A stretch of DNA of 63,912 nucleotides, the filler included, from Reclinomonas americana ATCC 50394 (Eukaryota): NCBI GenBank assembly GCA_048213135.1. It is 5 parts of 2 records of this genome, joined end to end, with 100 filler letters (N's around TTAATTAATTAA, not from the genome) between each part and the next. Parts side by side here need not be neighbours in the genome. Positions count along the whole stretch, not along the records: positions 30,598 to 52,961 come from PS015059.1; 4 more parts are not named here. One strand, given 5' to 3'. The notes below the pieces were generated by a model, which was not told the origin of the DNA, made no database searches, and saw only the letters and a program-made list of their open reading frames with translations. Made by a program: the position numbers and the translations under genes. Shown here piece by piece: positions 35,901-46,782 of this stretch. The first letter of the stretch is position 1. The number at the start of each line of letters is the position of its first letter.

Positions 35901-38900
35901 ATCACCACGTGGACTCGGACCGTCACCGCCAGGGTCGTCGTCGCAGGNNNNNNNNNNNNNNNNNNNNCATCGTGTCAGAGGTGCAAAACGACACGAATAG
36001 TAATAATCATGCATCGACTCACCATCTTCTTCAGGCTCATCAGTGACACTGACGTCCGACTCCTCAGCTGGCTCCTCTGCCTGCGCCCGCATCAGCATGG
36101 ACGCGGCATCCTCCACGAGTAGCGCGATTCGATCAGCTTCTGCACTCGCAGCCGCTGTCTCCACATCCGGGTCGGGGTTCGCAGCCGTGTCTGCGGTGGT
36201 GTGGCTGCCGTCGTCGTCGGTGGCAGCCTTCTTCTTGTCCTCCTCCACCATGTTTTCGAGCTTTTGCTTGCATCGGTAAGTGAAACTTCCGATGGCGGAT
36301 TCTGTGTTGGTGACGGTGCACGTGGAAAATGATGAGTGATCATTATGCTTGCAGCAGGATTGCTTCTTCTAACAGAAAGCAAAGTTACCTAATCGTGCCT
36401 GCGCACTGTCAAGAACAGATGCTGCAGACCTTAGGTAGCGGTTGACGCGGTCCTCGCCAAGCATTTGCTCGTCACGCCCATCAGTGGGTGAGTGCCACCA
36501 GACGCCGGCGCCGGATCTCATCACTGAAAAACGCACACACACACACACACATAAAGGTCAGATCGCACGTTACGAACAATAACAATTACAAGCTCACACT
36601 AACACACCTCGCATGGTGTGACAGACTCCCAACAATGCCATGGACATATTGGCGGCCGCATTCATCACATCAAGCAATGCTGATGAAACACGGGCAAGCC
36701 GGCGCCGAAGTTGCCGAGCCAGCTCCAGTTCAGCAGCGTCGTCACCTGCCATGTCCTCCTCCGCATCCGGATCCAGTACACGTCGTGCTTGATCTATTTC
36801 TGAGAGAAGAGTAATTGCGATGCGTGTGCATTCAGCATCGATGTCCACGCCGGGCGGCGCTTGGCCGTAAGCATTGATGGCCTCGCATATTGCTCCATTG
36901 AGTTGGAACTCAATAGTGTCTATACATGCACAATAATGTCAGTTACTGCATGCTGCTGTCGACATGTCGACAAATACGCAAAGAAGGATAGACTACAAAC
37001 CATCCACCTCCTTCTGCCTTTGCTTTCGACTCTTGCCCCTCTTTTTCTTGCCATTCTTCTTGCCAGCACCACCGTCACTCGCTGTTGCTGATTTTGTGTT
37101 GTCGAGTACGTGTGTAGTAGTATATTGCATGCGTCAGTCATCTTATTGACAGTTCTCACGATGTGCGTGAGAGAGAGTATCCGCGCTGCAAAAATACACT
37201 CACCATCTTCGTCAGCGCTATTGCCGTTGTCTTGCTCATGGTCACCACCGCGGCCGCCGGCATCTGCGTCTGTACACGGTGCACCGGTGGTTTCTGATCG
37301 CATCAGATATCGATATTGCAGCCAGCTGCACATCAACACGGCCCCACAGCAGCAAGTTCTCACCATGACCAATCTCGTGCGTCCCCACGCTGATACCAAC
37401 AAAGGTGCCGGCATGTTCCTGAGCAGCAGCACTTCCTGCTGCTGTCTCGATCATGTCATGGTCAGCAACTGCACAGCNNNNNNNNNNNNNNNNNNNNNNN
37501 NNNNNNNNNNNNNNNNNNNNNNNNNNNNNNNNNNNNNNNNNNNNNNNNNNNNNNNNNNNNNNNNNNNNNNNNNNNNNNNNNNNNNNNNNNNNNNNNNNNN
37601 NNNNNNNNNNNNNNNNNNNNNNNNNNNNNNNNNNNNNNNNNNNNNNNNNNNNNNNNNNNNNNNNNNNNNNNNNNNNNNNNNNNNNNNNNNNNNNNNNNNN
37701 NNNNNNNNNNNNNNNNNNNNNNNNNNNNNNNNNNNNNNNNNNNNNNNNNNNNNNNNNNNNNNNNNNNNNNNNNNNNNNNNNNNNNNNNNNNNNNNNNNNN
37801 NNNNNNNNNNNNNNNNNNNNNNNNNNNNNNNNNNNNNNNNNNNNNNNNNNNNNNNNNNNNNNNNNNNNNNNNNNNNNNNNNNNNNNNNNNNNNNNNNNNN
37901 NNNNNNNNNNNNNNNNNNNNNNNNNNNNNNNNNNNNNNNNNNNNNNNNNNNNNNNNNNNNNNNNNNNNNNNNNNNNNNNNNNNNNNNNNNNNNNNNNNNN
38001 NNNNNNNNNNNNNNNNNNNNNNNNNNNNNNNNNNNNNNNNNNNNNNNNNNNNNNNNNNNNNNNNNNNNNNNNNNNNNNNNNNNNNNNNNNNNNNNNNNNN
38101 NNNNNNNNNNNNNNNNNNNNNNNNNNNNNNNNNNNNNNNNCTGTTCAGCATCCAGCAGGGCGTACAGGTTCGAAATCTCGCCATTCTTGTGCCGCCGCAT
38201 AGCCTCGAATTTCAGCGTGCAGCCATCCTTTGGTTGCACTTCGACTGCTGTTGGCGGCGCACCATGCGCACCACGCACGCAGTGCTCCACAGAATGTTGA
38301 CTGCAATTGCAACGCACAAGAGTTGTGTGAGAACGAGATTGCCGTACGTGTGGCCCACCCACATGCACAGATTCAGCGCAACACGTACCTGCACTTGCCA
38401 CCCGTGCGTGAGAGCTTGTCTTTCGTCCTGAGTCGCTGCACACGCACACGTTGCCACTTCACAGTTGGCAGGTTGTGTCGTCTACGTAGACGTAATCGCA
38501 GCCATGCATGATTAATTGCAGTCCCTGCAGTGCAGAACAAAAGAAAGCTGCTGTGCTCACCTGGCGTGCGAGTATGGAGTCAGATTGTCGATAACGGCAG
38601 ACACACCAGCAGCCAGGCGTTTCGCTGCGTCCTGCAGCTGTGCCGGCTTCACAGGCTGACTCCAAGGCGGCAGGGGGGGCACTTCCTTCTTCTTCGATTT
38701 CTCCGTGCGCCTCATCTCGGCCAGCGTCTCGCGCATCACGAAGTCGTGCATCAGCACCACAGCAACGAGGCGCGCTGGTGATGATGCCTTCTGCGCGAGC
38801 TTCAACAGCTGCTCGACGCATTTAGCATCGTCGTCACTGTCGATTTGCATGGCCAACTCATGTTTCTTGCTGCCGGTCGCGAATTCCTCGAACGCGCCGT

Positions 38901-39940
38901 GCAACGTCGTCAAGTAGTACAAGATGCCTTCCAGATCGTGCTCTGGCTCGTCGGTGTTGCTGCAGAACAAAAGTAAAGTGATGAGCAAGAAAGAATTTTC
39001 AAAACATTGCATGTAGAACCGCGCGCGGCGAAACCTGGCTTCAGCGAGGAAGTAGCACGTGATGAGAGACAGCTCGACGAGTTGCTTCGTCCGCGCTGGC
39101 GTCATCTCACGATTGCCTGTGGATCTCTCGTGCGAGAGGGCGAGGCTGGATCCAAAGAGCGGAAGAAAGAAGCTCAGCGGATTGCCCTGCGCCGCCGACG
39201 CCCCGCGGGGCCCGAATGAATGCAGCCAGTGATCATCAGTGGCGCGAGCTGCACTGGCAGAGCTCGAGGCGCCGAGCATAGCCTGACGGCGCTCATCCAG
39301 TTCTGGAGAGAGAGAGAGAGGAAGAGAGCGAGGTGGTGTGAGTCACAACTGTTTACAAAGCACTTTACACGTGACACAAGAAGTGGGTGCAGAACATCAC
39401 GCACGCGCGTGCACATGTTTGTGCGTGTGCGTACGCGTGCGTGTACACAACTGTCGACTATGCGCACGATGCGATTGTTGTAAAAAGCAACGCGTTGCTC
39501 CACCCCGGCGTCGACATCACGATCGGCTGGACAGTAATAGCCTCCATCATTCCAGGTTGCAGTGATCTTGCTCTGGAGGATGGAGCGCTGTGCGTTCGTG
39601 TTGTGGCATCGCGGCCGGCAAGTGTGAGTGAGAGAATTCTAGAATTTGTGAGCGTCACACACATACACACCGTTGCTTTCAGAATGGCCTCGCATGAGAC
39701 GCCTTGAGCGCCTTCCTTGGCGTTTGCGAGTGCGACGAGCATGCCATGTGCAACTGACTGGACGAGACTGCACTCTGTTGTGTCGTCAATGAACTCAAGC
39801 AAGAGTCGCAACAAATGCGACGACGACGACGAGCCACGGCCACCCTCGCGATCGACAGGCACCACATACACATCCTCACGCTGATGCGCAGGAGGGTCAC
39901 TCGAACTTGAGCCAGCTGCGGCGCTGGCACTTGCGCTCAT
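32910..39940 (-). CDS. Large hypothetical helical protein (possibly more than one gene), interrupted by gaps
   Basis: Series of minus-strand coding-like exons (39940 MSASASAAAG..., LEGILYYLTTLHGAFEEF, RIALLVEDAASMLMRA, long open frame 34121-32910). No family recognised. Confidence 0.4.
34795..35400. repeat. CAA/CAC-rich low-complexity tract (probably intronic)
   Basis: Degenerate (AAC)n/(CAG)n runs. Confidence 0.75.
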
Positions 39941-40235
39941 TGCGTCAGCAAATCTAATTGAGGTCCCATTGTATATACGACTCTACAGTCGTGTTCAATG
40001 CGAAACGCACGCAATTGCAAGCAAGTCTTCAAGCTATGAATCAGTTTGTTAGTAGTGGTGGTAACACCGCACGTGAAATGTGAAGCAGGTGAAAATAAAG
40101 CGACGGATACACTCAACAATATTAACTCATGCAATGGCGTCGTGCGCGGCGCGCAAGTCGTCAAGTGTCGACTGGTGCTGGCCATGAACGGAAGTGTTGC
40201 TCGGCACCGGTGGTGCTGGCATGCACTGTACTGCG

Positions 40236-43200
40236 TCAGACTGCACATATATGCACACAGACCGTCGTCACACTGCCGCCGCTGATCACACCGAATGTGC
40301 TGACTGAGCCGCTCTGTAACGAACCCGCTGTCGTCACACTGACACCGCTGATCACACCGAATGTGCTGATCGAGCCGTGGCCACTCTGTAGCGTGCCCAC
40401 AGTCGTCACACTCGGACTTGTAGTCGTGCCCGACACACCAGTCAGAGCCTGACCAGAGATGGCAGTCGACGCGACAGTGGCGGTCGTCCACGAGAACGCA
40501 ATCGCCGTGCCAGTGTTGCTGGTCACCGCAAAGTTGGTCTGGTCGTTCGGCACCTGGCCCGTCAGCACGTTGTTGTTGAGGCCGTTGCCGATGATACCGT
40601 CGCTGAAGGTGGCCTGAGTGGTCGACGTGCCAATGCCGTTGATGCCGCGCACATCGACAAAGTAGTTGGTGGCGTCGGTGAGGCCGCGGATCACAGCCTG
40701 CTGCACCGAGGTGGTGTTCTGGGTCAGCGTGCTGGCCGTAGCCGCGCGCGCGCCACGACACCTGCCACTGATTCACGAAGCCCTGGCCGCCAGTCTCCTG
40801 TGGCTGTCCCCAGCTGAGCCAGATCGAGGTCGAACGCTTGAGCAGAAGGTTCGAAGACAGCGACGTGATGCCGCTCGGGCGCTGCGGCGACGTGGCCGTG
40901 GTGATGGTGATGGCCGACGCAGACCAGGCAGTCTGGTAGCCGTTGAACGACGCCACGCCAATGCGGTACCTGGTGTTGGAGGTCAGACCATTCACCAGCA
41001 GCGACGAGGTGGTCGAGCCGAGCGAGCCAATGATCTGGTTCACGAACGAGTCCGGCACAAAAGTGGTCGAGGTGACGTTGGTCAGGTTCTGCACCAGCAC
41101 CTGCACGCCGACAAAGTTCGCGAAGCCGTCCGAGGTGGACAGCGAGTACTGCGTGCCCTGCACAGTCGACGGGGTCGACAGCGTGAAGGTGGCGTAGCCG
41201 GAGCCAGTCGAGCCAGCCGAGCCGCCAGTGGTCAGAGCCGGCAGCGGGTACGGGCGCACAATCGAGTTGGCAATCTGAGACAGAGTGCCCGACTGAGCAC
41301 CGCTCTGAGTCGAGGTCACGCCAGAGTCCGAGCGGGTGTTGGTGGCCTGCACGGCGTAGGTGTACGACTTGCCCGCGGCCGGAATTGTCGGGGACGAGAA
41401 GTTGGTGGTCGTGGTCGTCGTCCACGTGTACGTGCGGTTGCAGTTGTTGGTGTTCTGCGTCACAACGTAACCGTTGATCAAGGTGCCACCAACGCCAATC
41501 GGCGACGCCCATGGCCACGAGATGCTGGTGATGGTGTCCTGGTAGCAGTTGCCAGAGAAGCCCACACCGAGAGTGCCAGCCACAGCAGCGCAGCTGGCAC
41601 TCGAGTTGGTGCCCTGCGAGTTCGCAATACCAGCAGCGAGCGTCGGGGCGGCCGGGGCGATCGGTGCGTCATCTGTGTGGTAGGGGAGGGGAGCCGTGGT
41701 GGATGAGATACTGATAATAATAGAAACTTCACTGATCCATACACAACAATGAGCATCTACCAGTGATCGCCAACAAGTCTCTATTCAAAAAACAAGCAGA
41801 TGGTTCCCTTCTCCCTCTCTGGCCGTACTGCGTCACGACCAGGTTGGTCGGCGGGCTCGGCATGACACCGGTGAAAGCCGGAGTGGTGAAGTTGATGGCA
41901 GTGCTGAACATGCACGTCACCGGGTTGGCGGCAGTGCCAGCCGGGTTGAAGGGCGAGGTCGGGAAGGCAATCGAGAACTGGTTGCTGGCGCAGATCTGCA
42001 GGTTGACCGAGGTGCCACCCGGCAGGCCAGTCACGTCAAGGTAGTAGGTCGACAGGTTGGCGTTCCACGACGTCGCAGCACCGGTGCCGTTGGTGGTCGG
42101 GATGGAGCTGGTGTCAATGTTGACGGCAGAGCCGGCAGTGGCAGCAGTCACCGACGAGGCGCTGGTGGTCGAGTACACCACACGGTAGGCGCTCACGTTC
42201 GGAGTCGGCGTCGTCACGTTGCTCTGCGTGGCGCTCGAGGTGGCAGTGTTGGAGCCGCCGACGCTGATCGGAGTCGAGAAGTTGAGGCGCACGCCAGTCG
42301 AGAAAAGGCGCGAGTACGCCACACCAGTGGGCGCAGCCGGCACCGCACCATTGTTGTCGGTGGTGGCCTGGATGGCGCCGGCCGCCGAGGCAGTGGTGTT
42401 GTTGTTCACAGTGACGCGGATCTTGGTCGTGTACTGCGTGGCAGCCACAAAGTTGTTGGCGGTGCCGCTCACAGTGAAGCCGGTAATCTGCTGGTAGAAG
42501 CCAGAGGTGTACGAGAACAGGCCGTAGAACGAGGTGGCGATGGTGCCAGCGCCAGTCGCGCCGGTAGTGATGGCAGGCTGGTCAGTGCTGGCATTGGTCA
42601 CCGTGTAGGCGGCAGTCGGCGCAGCGGTAGTGTCGCCCGTACCAAAGGTGGCCGGATAGTTAAAGGCGACGACAAAAGACGTCGAAGTGACCTGGTCCAC
42701 AGAGCCAGTGTACGGAGCCACCGTGTAGCCAGTCGGCGTGGCCGGCGCACCGGACGCCAGGGTCACCGTCACGGCAGTCGAGAACGTCAGGCTGGCACCG
42801 TTGGCACCCGGAGTGCCGCTGCCGTTGTTGTAGGCAGTCGAGATGGCGCAGCTGGTGCCAGTCAGGCCAGTGACCTTGACGAGCACGCGGTTGCGCGACA
42901 GACCAGAGCTGCCGACCGGGATGCTGAAGTCGGTCAGGTCGGTAGCGGTGGTGGCCACCGTCACCGCACCGGTGCCGCAGTCCGACTTGACGTACCACGA
43001 GGCAGCGCCAATCACACCCACGTTGGCCGCCACACCCTCCCACTCCACCCACGCCGAGGTCGACGTGACGTAGCGCAAGTTGGACGACAGCGTCGGCGCC
43101 GCAGTCGACACCTTGGTGTCATCAGTGCCGCTGGTGGTCAGAGTGCCGCTCCAGGCCGTGGCCGAGCGGTTCACCTGCGACTCAGTCCACACGTTGATGG

Positions 43201-43670
43201 TGTAGCCCTGGCCAGTGGAGGCGTCAGCGGCGGCGAGCGTGCCAATAGTGTAGCCGCGCCACGTGCCAGACGACACGCTGGTGGCGGTCACAGTGGTGGG
43301 ACCGTTGGTGTCGCCGATGACGAACGCGCGGTAGGCGGTGGTGCCGGTGGCGAGGTTGGTGGTCTGCAGCACGGTGATGGTGGTGTCAATGTCCTGGAAC
43401 TGGTTGGCGCCAGTGCCCACCGAGGCAATGGTGGAGAGACCGCCCAGGCCGACAAGGTCAGTCACAGCTGCAGCCAGATGGTGGCCTGGGTGCTGCCAAT
43501 GTAGTAGATGGCGTTGGAGCCGGCAGTGGCGGCCGGGCCACGGGCTGTTCAGGAGGAGAGGGAAACGATGATGAGTATCTCTGTGTGTGTCTGTGTGCGA
43601 GACACACACGCACACACTCACACTTACACACATACCACAGCTGGAAAGAGAACGCCGCACCAAGGACATG
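40236..43670 (-). pseudogene. Thr/Ser/Gly-rich fibronectin type III repeat surface protein, frame-disrupted (pseudogene or assembly errors)
   Basis: FN3 motifs (NLRYVTSTSAWVEW; PAAPTGVAYSRLFSTGVRLNF; LLVNGLTSNTRYRIGVASFNG; IRGLTDATNYFVDVRGING). Frame changes at ~43475 and ~40748, and a break at ~41680-41820. Confidence 0.65.
40264..40413. repeat. Coding tandem repeat, 66/72-bp units (SVTT.G.LQSG.S.STFGVISG)
   Basis: GTCGTCACACT recurs three times. GCTGATCACACCGAATGTGCTGA occurs twice. Confidence 0.85.
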
Positions 43671-43893
43671 CCTGAGGAATGATGAAAGAGTGTCGACTTC
43701 GACCGCGGCCGCGAACTAGGGGTACGGCAGCACCCCAGAAGCCAATGTTGGGAAGCACCCCGTCCCCTACTTTTTCTGGTCGACAGTACCCCGCACCCGG
43801 TGGGCAAAAAAAGACTGCACCCCGGTACCCCGTGTTCCTTGCACCCCCCCCCCCCCGCCCCACTCATGTGCGCACTCGAGTGTGCGCGCGTGT

Positions 43894-44072
43894 TGATCGA
43901 AGTGGACAATTCGCGATGACGTCACTTTCACGTCGACCTTCAACACATCATCTCCTCTCGCTTTGCTCAACACTACTCTGCTTCTCGATTGCCGCACACA
44001 ACCATGCACGCATACACTCCCCCTTTTCTCTCTTTTTGCTCGGTGATCAAAAGTGGACAATCGCGATGACGT
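43894..44072. promoter_or_regulatory. Duplicated ~29-bp element with CRE/ATF-like site upstream of MSH6
   Basis: TGATCGAAGTGGACAATTCGCGATGACGT (43894-43922, with palindrome TGACGTCA at 43917-43924) and TGATCAAAAGTGGACAATCGCGATGACGT (44044-44072). Confidence 0.5.
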
Positions 44073-44142
44073 GCTTTCCTTCCGGATTCCCGCACTTCAA
44101 GGGGTTTGCCATCGTCGCAGTGAAACCTCCGAGGAAGCGCAG

Positions 44143-46741
44143 ATGTCACGGCAATTGACTCTGGCGTCGTTTCTGCAAGCGAGACCAAAGCCCGCAGCGA
44201 AACCAGGTGCGCGCGCGCGTGTGTGTGGGGAGAGCATGTGAGTGAGAGGCTGAGTTGTCACTTCTCTCTCTCTCTCTGCACACAGTGTCGTCCAATCAAG
44301 CGGCTGTGGAGGATGCAGTGAGTGCCAGCTAGTGCGCGCCCTCTGTGCGTCTCCCTCTCTGTCTCTTACACAGGGCACGCAGGTGCAGTGGTCCACTCCA
44401 GAGACCGTCACCTCCAGCTCAGATGTCTCCAGCGTGGTGCGTCTCTCACCCACACGCACTCTTCCCCGCGTCCACCACTCACCTCCCTCCGCAGCAAGTG
44501 GACTCGTCCGCGGAGCCAGTGTCGCTGGGCGATCGCCGGAGGCTCTTTTCTCGATTGGCACGTTGCTTTGTCGATGTCGACGTTGCTGTCGAGTTTTTCC
44601 GCATGTGCTGATCGCGCGTCTCACGCACGCAGAGCGACGACGAGGAGTCGGAGATGAGCAGTGCTCCGAAGCGACCACGTGTCATTCGTCGACTGAAGAA
44701 GCGAAGAGTGCTGGAGGACGACGACGACGATGCCGGCGACGGCGACAAGGAGAAGGCTCCTGTGCAGGAGGAGGAGGAGGACGAGGATGAGGAAGAGGAG
44801 GTGCGAGGCAGTGGCGCCGTCAGCAGCATGTCGGTGGATCAATCGCCGACGCAGGTCATCTCGTCGGCGTCGAGCAGTTCGCGATCGCCAATGACGGTTT
44901 CCTCGACCGGCATTGGATTGGCGCTCGGTTCGATTCATTCCATCGCGATGTGTATCACTCGCTTCCTAACATGTGGTGGCACAGGTTCGCAGAGCAGCAC
45001 GCCCGATCTTGCACGCTTCTCGCGGTCGACCAACGCCGTGGATGTGTCGCCGGCACGCAATGAGAGCGGTTCAGGAGCACTGTCGAGTGTTGCATCGCCG
45101 GTCTCCACCCGCAAGCCGGCTCGCACCCCGGCCAAGTCGGCGACGTCGCCAAAGAGCTCACTGTCGTCGGCCAGTGGTGCCGACAAGCATGCCGTGCGCT
45201 ACGATTTTCTGGTGGATGTTCGTGACGGCAATCGTCGTCGACCAAGTTGCGTGATATCTCTCTCTCTTTCGCCTATGATGTGTTTCTGACATGTGTGTCT
45301 CTGTGCACAGCTGATCCGGACTACGATCCCACCACGCTGTATGTGCCCGAATCCAAGATGAACAGCTTTACCGATTTTGAGCGACAATACTGGTCGATCA
45401 AGAGAGATCACTGGGACACGGTGCTGTTCTTCAAGAAGGGCAAGGTGAGCGACACGGATGGAGCCACTGTTCACTCAGTGGACTTACTACTTGCGCACAC
45501 ACACACACTCTCTCTCTCTCTTTCTGTCTTTCTCTCTTCCTTTCTCTCTCTCTCTCTCCTCTCTTCTCTCTTCTCTCTTCTCTCTTCTCTCTCTCTCTCC
45601 TCTCTCTCTCTGTCTCCTCTCTCTCTGTCTCCTCTCTCTCTGTCTCCTCTCTTGTCTGCCTTTCCTTATCTTCCGCTCTGCTTGCTAACTTTGTGCACGC
45701 ACCCTCAGTTTTACGAGTTGTACGAGCGTGATGCCGAAATCGGTCACCGCGAACTGAATTTGAAGCTGACCGACCGTGTCAACATGTCGATGGTCGGCGT
45801 GCCCGAGGGCAGTCTCGCCACGTGGTCTCTGAAGCTCGTCGCTCTGGGGTTGCGTCAACGTGTATCCTCCATCTCCCGCCCCAAGTTTGGATGCTCACAC
45901 TCGCGTTTCGCTCGCAGCTACAAGGTCGGTCGTGTGGAGCAAATGGAAACAATGACCGACAAGAACAAGAGCAACGGCACCAAGAAGGGCGTGTGCGACC
46001 GCGAATTGTGCCAGGTGCTGACCATTGGCACAATTGTCGACCCCGATATGCTCGAGACGCCCAATGCCGCGTTTTTGCTGTGCCTAAAGGTGAGCTGAGG
46101 GGAAGGAGGTCTGATGGGGGAAGGAGGGCGGATGGTGGCAACACAAATGACAGGAAAGAGAGATGAAGGGAGTTGCAGCGGAGACAAGAGGGGAATCAAG
46201 AACCGCATTCTGTGCTTTTCATCACGTGTCTGTGCTCGCTCTGCTTCTCCTCCCACTCATGTGCATGCGGCTGTCTTTCCCTGTTCTCTCATGCAGGAGT
46301 ACTACATTGAGGATTCAGAGTGGACCGAGTTCGGCGTCACCTTTGTCGACGCCGCCACTGCGCGGTTCTTTGTGACCCAGTTCGAGGACGATCTGCAATG
46401 CACGCGCCTCGAGTCGTTGCTGTTCCAAATCAAACCGAAGGAGATTATCTGTGAAAAGGTTTGTGTGAGAGCACAAGTCTGTCATGATGCAGAGTTGTTG
46501 ACCTGCCCAACAGGGTGGCTACCGACCACAAGTGGCGTCGGTGCTGAAGCGGTGCCTCGGACAGCCGCTCGTCAATCACCTCAAGACCGGCCTGGAGTAT
46601 CCGTCGGCCGACGCCGCTCGTATGGTGCTCGACGAGCGCAAGTACTTTGCGCAGCGACCCGGTGGCGAGCCGGAGTGCTTGCGCCAAGCACGCAACCAGA
46701 ACACACTGATGGCCGCCGTCGGCGCGCTCGTGTGGTGCGCA

Positions 46742-46782
<41 letters not shown>

